From assembly GCF_000315625.1 (NCBI RefSeq), contig NW_005434624.1, positions 272,991-336,990 on the forward strand: a DNA stretch of 64,000 bases, written 5' to 3'. A model generated the notes under the pieces. It did not search any database. It was not told where the DNA came from and saw nothing but the letters and a program-made list of their open reading frames with translations. Position 1 is the first letter of the stretch; every line of letters begins with the position of its first letter. The stretch is from Guillardia theta CCMP2712. Taxonomy: Eukaryota; Protista; Cryptophyta. The translations under genes were made by a program, and so were the position numbers. Shown here in pieces: positions 25,133 through 37,330 of the stretch.

Positions 25133-25554
25133 TTAATCCATAGCAGCGGAGTTCATTGGCAGCCACTCGTTGTTTGACAACTTCATATTGGTGGAGAGGT
25201 TCAGGGGAGGATGCCAGCTCCAGGGCCAGAGAATCTGTGCGTTGATGTCAGAGCAGCCGGAATCCTCATTCATCAGGCGCTCACTTGTTGACGGGCTCGT
25301 AGGCGTTGACAGTAGGCACTTGAATGCTGCCTGTGCACACAACATCGTAACTTGCAGCAATCTCAACCGAAGGGTAGAGCCTCACCTGGGTAATCGTAGA
25401 CCGAGTAATCATATCCAAAGGCGTCCGGGTACCAGTATGAGTTGGTCCGTGCCCCTTCCGTCATCCCGATGTTGTACGGAGAGTTTTCCGGGATGTTGTA
25501 ACCAGCGAAGGTCCCGTTTAGGATGTAGCTGGATGGTACGATGGCGAACAACAT
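25133..25554 (-). CDS. Small hypothetical protein (probably two exons, Tyr/Asn/Pro/Trp-rich)
   Basis: Adjacent ORFs MLFAIVPSSYILNGTFAGYN..YDYP and AAFKCLLST..AAMD* separated by a short intron-like GT..AG segment. No recognised domain. Confidence 0.5.
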
Positions 25555-25984
25555 TCTGCATGAAAGACCATCATGTCTATGTCAAGACAGCACGGTGCGA
25601 GGTTATCGAGCAAGCTCCCCATCTCCAACACTCACATCGCACGAGTCATGCAAACAGGTGAAATACCAAACATGCTTCATGCAAGGTGAATGGATGGAAC
25701 GCATATTCTACTATGAAGCTGAGATAACAAAACATGCATTTTGTATCTTGAATGCCACAGCACAGGCTGCACATCTCACACGATCATGGCCAAGCGATGC
25801 AGCACCGGCGTCGGTTCAACTCTCATGCGCATCTCTCTCAATTCCATGATGACTCATCCATCAGATACAAACTTCAGTCTGCATATCATGTCTTATCATC
25901 CCTTAGCTATACCCGTGCCTCCATCTTCGCTCATCCCCATACCTCCTCTCTGTGCTTGCCGAAGAGTCAGCACTGGCTTTATTG

Positions 25985-26254
25985 ACTCAAAGTTAGTACG
26001 AGGACAATCAGGAGAGACGAGCTCGGAGGAGGCCCGCCTTGACCCCAGGCTCAGCGGCTGACACTGAACCAGCCGGGCCGGTCTGAGTCGCACTGGCCCC
26101 GGCTTGCCAAACTTGAAACGGCGAGAAGAGAAAAGACTCACGAGTCAGCGTCCGACGGAGTCTTCTCGCCGTTTGGCCTGTGCGACAGTGTCAGGGTCAA
26201 GCCTCCTCGACTCTCCTGATTGTCCTCGTACTGATTTTTAACTTAACTTTGAGT
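25985..26254. mobile_element. Palindromic MITE-like foldback element
   Basis: Nested inverted repeats: ACTCAAAGTTA/TAACTTTGAGT, a perfect 22-bp AGTACGAGGACAATCAGGAGAG (25995-26016 vs 26211-26232), CTTGACCC/GGGTCAAG, TGACACTG/CAGTGTCA, AAACGGCGAGAAGA/TCTTCTCGCCGTTT. Confidence 0.7.
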
Positions 26255-27502
26255 AAAGAGGGTCAAGCGCCTCCTCGATCGGACTCCACTATCGTAGATG
26301 ATGGCAGTGTTGCCGCAGCCTGAGGCTGATTGTTCCCGGGGGTCGCCGGGGCCCCGGGCCCAGGGGTACTCACTGAGTCAGTACGGTACGTCTCTCATGG
26401 TCTTTCTCAGTCCATGGCAACTTAGTTGCGGCCTGAGGCTGACACAGTTACGGTCGCTTGTCACCCGGAGTCAAGGGCGGGCAGCGGCAGCGGCAAGTTC
26501 AGTTAGCAGTCACTGTCTACGGTATGTTCCCGGCTATCATTCCTTGGCAAGTTGTCTGGCAGGCTCGGACGTCAAGGTTTATCATACTATCATGAAACAA
26601 ACATGCACGCGGCGGCAGATGGCTTCCAAGAGCCTAAGTTGTAATCAAATGAGTGACTCAGTGAATCAGAGATTTCGTGTCGACGATTGTTTCAGGAGGC
26701 CGTACTGTACAGTCACGCTTCATCACTCATTGTGGTATACGAACTTGAGTATGTCTTGATCCTATTCTAGACTCGAATGGGCGATATATCAACCGCGCAT
26801 GATGCATTCTGCACGGAAACAGATCCTTCAGTCTGCCACGGTCGTCAATCAGATGTAGAGCCTCCGACATCAGTATCAGTTATCACTTGCCAATTTGAAT
26901 CGCGGTCACGGTTGAGGATAATCTGGCAAGTGTTCGAGTGAGGCCTCGGCGACGTTGCAATGTCGAGAGGGTAGAGAAATGTCTCAAGTTGCAGAAAGGA
27001 AAAGGACTTCAAATCTGGTCACATATATAAACTGTATTGCCCGCGTCCGAGCCGATGTCACACACGTACAGGACGAGACGGTTTCCTACCCCTTTACTCC
27101 GTCTCGCAGTACGCCGATCAGCACGAGATCAAGAGCGCGGTGTCCGATGTAACGAGCTCGGGCTACGCCAGGCTGCCAACGCCCTGGTGATATACCCTCC
27201 ACCCTTCTTCACATGCCGTTTGCTTACCGTACGGCCCCGGCTCTATACGCGTCACACTTCCACGCACAATGCCAGCTCAGCCTTGCGGGGGACTTGTTGT
27301 ACACACAACCTTGCACAAAACCTTCAACTCAGAATGATCTTACTCTTCTCATTGATAGATAAGCGGCAAAAGGTTTCCCTTGTGACTCTATCTACTATGA
27401 TTACACATACATAAATCAAATCAGCTCCGTGCTGCCATCCTGATCGTTGCGTCGATGGGAAGGCTGGCAAGTACACCAAAGCAGCGCCATCACGGTCTTC
27501 AT

Positions 27503-28162
27503 TCATTCACGCGCCTCAAGCAACCTTGCGCTGATGTACCTGTCGAGGTTGGGTTGGAAAGCAACCATCAGCTCGCTCTGAGATAGCGCCGGCCCATCTA
27601 GAGCTTTGCTCTGGATCTCCTCCCTGATGCGCATCTGGATGAGGCCGTTCCACTTCTGCCATTCGTGTGTGCTTGGCTTACCCCAGATCAGCTTGTCGCC
27701 AGTTGTAAGCAGCTCCTCCTGGAGACTTGGATTGTGCTGGTACTTCGCGCGGTTGATAAGATACATGACATGCATCCTCACATCAAGCCATTGCGGGTTC
27801 ATCTGGCTAGTGAAGCATTGTCCTTCATCCCACATGCGGAGTCCGTAAGCTTCATCCGATTCGCCGTCTTTGGGCAGCATGTCTCTGATGTACAGCCTGC
27901 GATCAGTGATGTACTTGGCAGCTTGATAGCACTGCTCGACTGAGTGCCATTCCAGACCATCGTACATGAACTTGACGACCTGGAAGTTGTCGGTACACGC
28001 GGGGCCTTCGACTTGCGACTTGTCTTGTTCAACCAGGAAGCATTTCCCTCCCATCGTTCCCACCTGGCTCGAGTTGAGTGAAACTTGGTACGGACACATT
28101 TCATGGAGGGTGTGGTACTCAAGACCCCTGGCCTTGTTTCTAGCTACAGTAGTAGGACCCAC
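27503..28162 (-). CDS. NADAR (YbiA/DUF1768-like) family protein, copy 1, intronless
   Basis: DNF..FMYDGLEWHSVEQCYQAAKY, W..VRMHVMYLINRAKYQHNPSLQEELLTTGDKLI, NGLIQMRIREEI. Confidence 0.85.
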   Translation of the reverse strand: MGPTTVARNKARGLEYHTLHEMCPYQVSLNSSQVGTMGGKCFLVEQDKSQVEGPACTDNFQVVKFMYDGLEWHSVEQCYQAAKYITDRRLYIRDMLPKDGESDEAYGLRMWDEGQCFTSQMNPQWLDVRMHVMYLINRAKYQHNPSLQEELLTTGDKLIWGKPSTHEWQKWNGLIQMRIREEIQSKALDGPALSQSELMVAFQPNLDRYISARLLEARE

Positions 28163-29391
28163 CTTTCGCGGTGGGGTACTGAGCTTCTCAATTCGGCCCA
28201 GTTGTATTGTATCTGATAACTACACCGTCTATGTCTCCAAGTTGGTTGTAATGATGGAAGCCCGGGTATGAGGTTTGGTACACCGTGACAGTCTCTCATG
28301 GTCTTTCTCAGTCCATGGCAACTTAGTTGTGGCCTGAGGCTGACACAGTTGCGGTCGCTTGTCACCGGAGTCGAGGCAGCGGCAAGTTCAGTTAGCAGTC
28401 ACTGTCTACGGTATGTCCCCGGCTATCATTCCTTGGCAAGTTGTCCCAGGCTCGGACGTCAAGGTTTATCATACTATCATGAAACAAACATGCACGCGGC
28501 GGCAGATGGCTTCCAAGAGCCTAAGTTGTAATCAAATGACTCGGAAATTGAATCAGAGATTTCGTGTCGACGATTGTTTCAGGAGGCCGTACTGTACAGT
28601 CACGCTTCATCACTCATTGTGGTATACGAACTTGAGTATGTCTTGATCCCATTCTAGACTCGAATGGGCGATATATCAACCGCGCATGATGCATTCTGCA
28701 CGGAAACAGATCCTTCAGTCTGCCACGGTCGTCAATCAGATGTAGAGCCTCCGACATCAGTATCAGTTATCACTTGCCAATTTGAATCGCGGTCACGGTT
28801 GAGGATAATCTGGCAAGTGTTCGAGTGAGGCCTCGGCGACGTTGCAATGTCGAGAGGGTAGAGAAATGTCTCAAGTTGCAGAAAGGAAAAGGACTTCAAA
28901 TCTGGTCACATATATAAACTGTATTGCGAGCTCCCCGCGTCCGAGCCGATGTCACACACGTACAGGACGAGACGGTTTCCTACCCCTTTACTCCGTCTCG
29001 CAGTACGCCGATCAGCACAAGATCAAGAGCGCGGTGTCCGATGTGAAGAGCTCGGGCTACGCCAGGCTGCCAACACCCTGGTGATATACCCTCCACCCTC
29101 CTTCACATGCCGTTTGCTTACGGCCCCGGCTCTATACGCGTCACACTTCCACGCACAATGCCAGCTCAGCCTTGCGGGGGACTTGTTGTACACACAACCT
29201 TGCACAAAACCTTCAACTCAGAATGATCTTACTCTTCTCATTGATAGATAAGCGGCAAAAGGTTTCCCTTGTGACTCTATCTACTATGATTACACATACA
29301 TAAATCAAATCAGCTCCGTGCTGCCATCCTGATCGTTGCGTCGATGGGAAGGCTGGCAAGTACACCAAAGCAGCGCCATCACGGTCTTCAT

Positions 29392-30051
29392 TCATTCACG
29401 CGCCTCAAGCAACCTTGCGCTGATGTACCTGTCGAGGTTGGGTTGGAAAGCAACCATCAGCTCGCTCTGAGATAGCGCCGGCCCATCTAGAGCTTTGCTC
29501 TGGATCTCCTCCCTGATGCGCATCTGGATGAGGCCGTTCCACTTCTGCCATTCGTGTGTGCTTGGCTTACCCCAGATCAGCTTGTCGCCAGTTGTAAGCA
29601 GCTCCTCCTGGAGACTTGGATTGTGCTGGTACTTCGCGCGGTTGATAAGATACATGACATGCATCCTCACATCAAGCCATTGCGGGTTCATCTGGCTAGT
29701 GAAGCATTGTCCTTCATCCCACATGCGGAGTCCGTAAGCTTCATCCGATTCGCCGTCTTTGGGCAGCATGTCTCTGATGTACAGCCTGCGATCAGTGATG
29801 TACTTGGCAGCTTGATAGCACTGCTCGACTGAGTGCCATTCCAGACCATCGTACATGAACTTGACGACCTGGAAGTTGTCGGTACACGCGGGGCCTTCGA
29901 CTTGCGACTTGTCTTGTTCAACCAGGAAGCATTTCCCTCCCATCGTTCCCACCTGGCTCGAGTTGAGTGAAACTTGGTACGGACACATTTCATGGAGGGT
30001 GTGGTACTCAAGACCCCTGGCCTTGTTTCTAGCTACAGTAGTAGGACCCAC
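29392..30051 (-). CDS. NADAR family protein, copy 2
   Basis: Translation identical to 27503-28162. Confidence 0.85.
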   Translation of the reverse strand: MGPTTVARNKARGLEYHTLHEMCPYQVSLNSSQVGTMGGKCFLVEQDKSQVEGPACTDNFQVVKFMYDGLEWHSVEQCYQAAKYITDRRLYIRDMLPKDGESDEAYGLRMWDEGQCFTSQMNPQWLDVRMHVMYLINRAKYQHNPSLQEELLTTGDKLIWGKPSTHEWQKWNGLIQMRIREEIQSKALDGPALSQSELMVAFQPNLDRYISARLLEARE

Positions 30052-31182
30052 CTTTCGCGGTGGGGTACTGAGCTTCTCAATTCGGCCCAGTTGTATTGTA
30101 TCTGATAACTACACCGTCTATGTCTCCAAGTTGGTTGTAATGATGGAAGCCCGGGTATGAGGTTTGGTACACCGTGACAGTCTCTCATGGTCTTTCTCAG
30201 TCCATGGCAACTTAGTTGTGGCCTGAGGCTGACACAGTTGCGGTCGCTTGTCACCGGAGTCGAGGCAGCGGCAAGTTCAGTTAGCAGTCACTGTCTACGG
30301 TATGTCCCCGGCTATCATTCCTTGGCAAGTTGTCCCAGGCTCGGACGTCAAGGTTTATCATACTATCATGAAACAAACATGCACGCGGCGGCAGATGGCT
30401 TCCAAGAGCCTAAGTTGTAATCAAATGACTCGGAAATTGAATCAGAGATTTCGTGTCGACGATTGTTTCAGGAGGCCGTACTGTACAGTCACGCTTCATC
30501 ACTCATTGTGGTATACGAACTTGAGTATGTCTTGATCCCATTCTAGACTCGAATGGGCGATATATCAACCGCGCATGATGCATTCTGCACGGAAACAGAT
30601 CCTTCAGTCTGCCACGGTCGTCAATCAGATGTAGAGCCTCCGACATCAGTATCAGTTATCACTTGCCAATTTGAATCGCGGTCACGGTTGAGGATAATCT
30701 GGCAAGTGTTCGAGTGAGGCCTCGGCGACGTTGCACACACGTACAGGACGAGACGGTTTCCTATCCCTCTACAGGCTGCTAACACCCTGGTGCTATACCC
30801 TCCACCCTCCTTCACATGGTTTGCTTACGGCCCCGGTTCTATACGCGAGTATTTGTAAGAACGGCTTTCAACGGAACGTCTGGCAAGAGGTTGTGAAGGA
30901 GGAGGAAGAGGGGAGAACCAAGAGGAGGCACGCAACGACGACAGCCAGTGTGACGACATTGTTTGGTGGTCAGGGAGATTTCGGTCCTGGGATTTACTTC
31001 GTGTCACATGCGGTGGGACAATGCTTATGGGTGGCTTTACGTGGGTTGTGATATGACTGTCAGCCGATTGAAATGCTGCGATACTGCAACTCCTTCATGC
31101 TGCTCCTCTGCGAGGTAGCTCGACCCGCTTTACAGGATATCCTCCTTGCACCCTCACTTTACCCCTTAGCCAGGTGGCAGTT

Positions 31183-31287
31183 GGAATAATGATGGAGACT
31201 CCTGCGAGTGCAGGGGCGGAATAATGATGGAGACTCCTGCGAGTGCAGGGGCGGAATAATGATGGAGACTCCTGCGAGTGCAGGGGC
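31183..31287. repeat. 35-bp minisatellite, 3 copies
   Basis: GGAATAATGATGGAGACTCCTGCGAGTGCAGGGGC at 31183, 31218 and 31253. Confidence 0.95.
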
Positions 31288-31599
31288 GCAAGACGCGTCT
31301 GCTCTCAAGGTGAGGGGACAAGAGGCCATGACGAGTCTATGCTGAGGGACTGACATCCTGATGCCTCTCAAGAACATGGACATTGAGGCGATTCGACGGG
31401 CTTCGTTACCGTCAGGCGACTCTCAGGTCACGGTATCAACAAGTGCCAAGTGTACCCTCACGTCACTGGCTCTATGCTGTCTCTTGGCCTACAGGATGGT
31501 GAGAGGAGTTAGACGTCTAGTGAGCTCGGAGCTCAGGAATGAGAAACTTCAATGAAGACCCTCGCATGATCATCGAAACAATAAAAACAATATGACGAC

Positions 31600-31970
31600 T
31601 CAGAGCTCTCGGAGAACAAGGATCGCCTTCCTTAGTGCTCCCTCCAGTCTGTCCACCTCTGCTACCCAGTGAGATCGACTCGCTCCCATCCCCGCTAGCT
31701 CGCACCTTGACGTCGACGGACAATCTCCAGCGACTCCTTGGTCAAGTCAGCCACCACCTCGTCGTTGTCGAGATCGATCGCCTTGTGTTGTCACGTCAGC
31801 TGGGCGCAAGACAAGAGCAGGAGACGTGCGGTTGACCTGCATGAGATGAGGGTACAGGTTCGTCTCGAACGACTGGACAAGCTTGAGCATGAGCGCCTTG
31901 GGAATCGAGTCCGTCGTCGAACGTTTGACCAGCCTGGATGGGCAAGTTAAGAGGATAGGGAGGAGGAGGA

Positions 31971-32011
<41 letters not shown>

Positions 32012-34986
32012 CGAAAAAGGGGGGGGGGAGGGTTTTCGGAACTTACTCGAAGTACTGCTGTAGCAGCTGTCGCAGAATGCCTGATTCAGAGACGTCGCTG
32101 AAACGATGTAAGCTACAGCATACAAGAGAAGAAGGAGGAAGGAGGAAGGAGGAAGGAGGGGAGGGCAAGTGTTTGGAGATTCTACCGGACTTCTCCGCAA
32201 TTTCCTATCGACCCCGCCATCCTCCTTTCCCTCAGCGCTGTCGAACTTTCTCCTACAGTGACTTGCCGGGCAAGTCAGAAACCAGCAGCACCAGTGACGC
32301 AAGCATCACCTGCCCCCCGATGGGGAGATCTTGGCACTTGCACGACCTCCTCGCCCTCCGCTGCTCTCTGGCAGGCAACCAAGCCAGTCAGGCTGCGCCG
32401 AAGCAGGAAGCGCATCCTTGCGGGGTCAATTCACCTTGAACATCATGACCCATCTGCTCGCGCTCTGGCCGTCAGAGATCTTGAGCTGCATCTGCTTCCT
32501 AGTCAGCGGTGGCTGCAGCAGGAACCGCTCCTCCTCTACCTCGTCGGTGCTGTGCAGCACCCATCCCTTCGACGATTGATACCGGATCGAGATCTGTTGA
32601 CCCCCATCCCAGAGCTCCCGCACAGAGATGTTGCTTCCCAGCAGCGGAACAGTTTGCGTCCCGTGGGGGTTGGACTTGGGGATCAGCCGCAGCTCCTGCC
32701 CGTCAAGCTTGAGCTCGACGTCCTGCCACTCCCGACCGATGTAGGCGGAGCAGTGTTCCGCTGCTGACTGCTGCTGCGAGACATTCTCCTTCTCGGTCCT
32801 TCCGCTCTGAGTGCAAGAGAGTTGTCATTCATGCATGTCGAACGCTGTAATCATATCTTCTTCAACATCATCATCGTCATCAAAAATCGCCATCAATGGT
32901 ATTTACCATCACAAACACCATGATTTTCATCATCGTCATCTTCGTCGTCATCTCGCAATGTGACTCACATGATATGTCGTTGTTTGCGACGGAGGTTGAG
33001 TTTGAGCAGGGAGGGCATTCATGTGAGTTTGTTTGTAGACGGTGTCACGATAGTTGATGAAGTTGGGGTGCTCAGTGTTGACATAACTCTTCTCCATCTC
33101 AACAAGGTTGCGAGCAAACTCTGCAGCAGCCGTGGTCTTGACATTCAGGAGCGAGCGGCATTCTAGCGAGATCGTCTGCTCAGAGTGAATGAGAGGCAGC
33201 CGGGGTCAATGCTGCGGGTCGTTACGAACCTGCTTCAGCTCTGCGAACCGCGAGAGGAACTTGCAGTCAGATATGGTCTGATGGAACAGAGTGTCGATCT
33301 CATCGGAAACTTTCTGCACGCAGGTAGAGGTCGGGTCATGCAGCATGTCGATGAGCCTCTTGATCAACGTCTGGCGCACTGACGTTACTAGCCAGCTCGG
33401 GAGAACAAGGGAGGGAGGGGGGGAGGGAGGGAGGGAGGGAGGGAGGGAGGGAAGCATGACATCGCAACGACAACGAGAGGGTTTCCGTCGGGGGAGGAGG
33501 AGACTAGATCAGTGACAAAAATGGACAAAGAGAGCTTTGCAGGACACATAGAAACCTCGAATGCTGAGTTGGGCACGAAGAGATCGGCGTGCAGGCCTAC
33601 GGCGTTCCTGCGAGCCATCTGGATCTCCTTGTCCGACAGGTAGGATGCGTCCAGCGAAGCGACCTCCTGCGGGAACTCGTTCCGGAAGATCTCTCGGATC
33701 CTGGCAGGGCCAAACAGCCCCTTGTAGGTGTTGCGGCGACTCTCGCCATTCATGGCCTCCCGGAACTTCTCGCAGAACTCTTGGATCGCCTTCATTACCG
33801 TGCTGCGGCACTCGAACGGCGTGCTCGGCCCTCTGACGCCATAGCGCACGAGGTCCTCCTGGGTCTCTCGGAGCATGCTCTTGATCTTCTTGCTGATCTC
33901 CGGGAGCTGGGTACGAATGTGTGCCTCCAGCACTGAGCTCAGCCTCTTGGACAGCATCGGGATCCCCTGGGATGCAGCAGAGTCAGGGCAGCAGTCACAA
34001 CGCACGAGGCGACCACCTTCTCGAACTTGGAGTTGCGGTAGACAGGATGGTTCTCAAAGAACAGCTGCTCTGCCTTGAGGCTCTCCTGCATCGGTTTCTT
34101 GTCGTTGATGTCTTTCTGGCTCCTGTTCACCACAGGGATGTACCCCAGCCTCAGCGGATACATCTTCCCCATGAGAATGTCTCGCGCGTCCGTCCCTTCA
34201 TCCATCAGGTCCACCTTCGTCAGCACCCCCAGCGTTCGGAGACCGTCAGGATCGACCATTCTTGCTGTGTGCAGAGCGTCCGAGTTCGCAATGTCCTGGT
34301 TGGCAGCGGAGACAGCGAGGATGATGCAGTTGGGCCTGCTGATGAAGCCCATCACCATCTCTCTTATGAGCTGCCCGATGTTCGCAGGCTGGTCGGCGAC
34401 AGGCACCATCGTGAGGCCGGGCAGGTCGACGAGGCTGAGGTTGGGGAAGTTCCTCCCGAAGAACTTGAGAATGAGAGGGACTTCAGAGACCCCTTTCTGC
34501 TTGCCTGCCACCTTGTCTGTCTCTTTATCAATCACTTCCCGCACCTTCTCGAAGTCCGTGATCCTCCCCTCCAAGTGCGAGAACTCGGCATAGTCTTGCA
34601 CGTCGCAGCAGGTCAACTGGCGCAAGGCATCATCAATAGCAAAGTTTCATGGAGGGAAGGAGAAGAGTAAGTGCAACAGTGGAAGGGGAGTTCGATTAGA
34701 TCGAGTTGGGCGGGCAGGATCTTACCTGAATGATCAATGGACGTCTGGTACAGATGCCGGATCCTCGAGGCAGGAAGTCATACCCCACTATGCTCTCTAA
34801 CACGCTGCTTTTCCCGCTGCTCTGGCTCCCAACCTGGTCGAAAACGTATGGCATAGGTCAGAATCGTTGGCCCACACTGATGCAGGGCCGCACCACAGCA
34901 ATCTGCGGGAGGTCGATGGGAGGAATCTTGAGAGGCGCGAAGGCCTCGTGGAGCTTGTTCATAACAGCATGCAGATCATCCAACAT
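31600..34986 (-). CDS. Dynamin-related GTPase, paralogue 2 (GTPase - middle - PH-like - GED), multi-exon
   Basis: [23 protein letters not shown] / [10 protein letters not shown] / LVDLPGL / TKVD; middle domain [16 protein letters not shown]; [35 protein letters not shown]. Confidence 0.93.
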
Positions 34987-35449
34987 CTTAGAACCATGCC
35001 AGTCAGTTTGTGTCGCGGCGTCAGCAAAGGGAAGGTTGCAATGAGCATGAACGACTAAGATCTAGAGCAATCTTGCTGTTTCTTCCTTTGCACATGTCCA
35101 TCTCTTCTCTGCTTCTCCTTCTCCTCCTTCTCCTCCTCCCTCTCCTCATGTCTGCCATCCCCTGCCCCCTGCAATGCAAGTTGTGAGCACATTTTTCGGG
35201 TATTTGAATCTCTGGGGCGGGCACGGATTTACAAGCTTCTACTCGGCCCGGTTCCCGCCGCTAGCCTCGCATCCCACCTCCCAGTTGTTGTTCCTCCCGA
35301 TGAGTTGCCGCCCAAGATGGGAGTACCTCAATTGATCAAAATCCCTTTTTTCTTCTCTCGGATGTTATTCCAGCAAGACACTGGCGCTCCTCAACTTGTG
35401 CTTCGTGGTAGTTGAGAGTCGCAAACGCGTGACTTTCTAAAACCAAGTA

Positions 35450-37330
35450 TGGGAATCTCGTTCTTGGACGGTGACTCAAACAAACAACTCGGGCATGGTA
35501 TAAGACAAAAAGTAATCGAGAGTCATGTAGATGTTTACATTCTTTACACCAAGGATATCTTCAGACAACTGCAAGCCAATGTCTTGAGTGGAGTCGTTCA
35601 ACTTAGCAATACCGTTGAACTTCACTGGCAATTGGAATTTAAACAATGGTGGCTGCAGCTGAGAGGAAAACCAAAGACTCGTTGTCTTGCTGCATCAGAA
35701 GAAGCTCCTTTGAGATTGAATGTGGAGATACAGGATACGTGCAATGCTGTTTTGTTTCTATCTGAGATCATGCAAACTGATTGGGCCCAATAAAGGTAGT
35801 AGCCATTTCTAAGAACCTCTGTTGTGCAAATGTAATTGAACATACCCTTTCATGATTCACAACTGCGCTTCGCGGCCACGAGGGACTGGTAGTATGGGCC
35901 ATTGACAATCAGCTTGTGAAGACAGAAACTGCCGCTAACGAGGTTGGATGGCTGATTTTCAGATTTGCCAAGATCTAGCGTTATGGCTAGACTGGAAAAA
36001 ATATCTGGACCCAAATAGTTCCTGTTAAGCCGGCTTACCAAGGCCATTTCAGCTTACAAGCTCATCCGCGCCAAAGATAGCAAATAAAACTTTTAGGTTA
36101 AATTTATGTATTCAAAATCATTTGTAATTCTCTTGCTTTGCCGCGGTTCCACATTGAGGGCCAACTCACCATGCTCAGCAAGTTTCTGGGGACGACTTCA
36201 TCAACGGCTCATGTTTTCTTTCCTCTCTTCGACGTTTTCCTGAAACAAAAATGGAAATGGTGACTTCAGTTGCCTTCTTAGGATTGCCAGTTGATAATGT
36301 CATTGTTGCACAGTCATAGCCTCCATTGATCGTGACAACAAGCCGTTGTGTTTCCCGTGAAGGTTGAAGATATCAATCCACTCTTCGACAAGTTGAAGAA
36401 GGCCGAGACCATGAGTCCCACCATCCACTCTTACCTGTGATATTTTTTGCAAAGGAACAAAGCAGCCAGCCATGCTATCGTTTGCACGACAGAATCCTTG
36501 GTACTGCGATTTCGTTATACCGTTTGCTGTGAGGGCAACTGCTGCTTCCCGTGGGGTAGCCATCATTTGTCTGACCACAGGTTTCAGGCAGTTTTGAAGC
36601 TCCTTATTCGTGGCAAGTTCATTCTTTAAGAAGAACGTAAGGCTATCGTATTTCGAAGTTTTGCACTTCGGAAGTTCTGCTTTCGCGGCCCCTCGACCGC
36701 TTCCTCTCCCCCGGCAGAGTCTTCCTCATTGTAGCGGTGTAATAGATCAGCAAAATGTCCCCATTTCACTCGAAAATTGGCCTTGTGTGATGCAAATTGC
36801 CGATCTACCTTCTTCGTGACCACATCTAGAAGGTCCGAGGCTCATCAGTGTCACCCTGGATCTTCGTCAGAATCGCTGTTTTCACTTTTGGATCTTTGAT
36901 AGCATCGTAACAAGCCGGGTTTGGTTCATCGGAGTCAGGGGAAATAATCGCTTCGCGCATGGCTTCATCCACATGATCACTAAAACCTCCATGCTCCTCA
37001 GACTCTAGTAAGATTCGAAGCAACAACTCAGGAGATCTACCTGCATCCCAGGTGTTACAAAGATTTGAATTTTACAAATGATCTCTTTTCAAACCTATGG
37101 CCTTCTCCTTGTTTATAGAGGAAGCCCTCTCGTCTTGCCAGAAACTCCCAGGTGAGTTGATTGAATTCATCATCATCCAGCCTGGCAGGGTGATGGTTTG
37201 CGACGTCTGCACGAACTTCCTTGCAAAAGGTGGGGATGACGGATTTGATATATTTGGTCCTGATATGATTAATCAATATTTCAATGTTCAAACTATATTG
37301 GTAAATTTCAAGATCCCAATGACATGTCTC
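35450..37330 (-). pseudogene. Decayed intronless ORF, probably a DDE transposase relic (Transib/RAG1-like)
   Basis: Lower GC than the host genes. Collinear minus-strand ORF pieces are broken by stops and frameshifts. TPREAAVALTANGITKSQYQGFCR resembles the Transib/RAG1 pre-catalytic helix motif. Confidence 0.45.

Larger units (their letters stand above)
26391..30848. repeat. Tandem direct repeat, ~1.9-kb unit, two full copies plus one partial
   Basis: Unit start TCTCTCATGGTCTTTCTCAGTCC at 26391, 28292 and 30181. ORFs recur with an 1889-bp offset. Confidence 0.95.
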
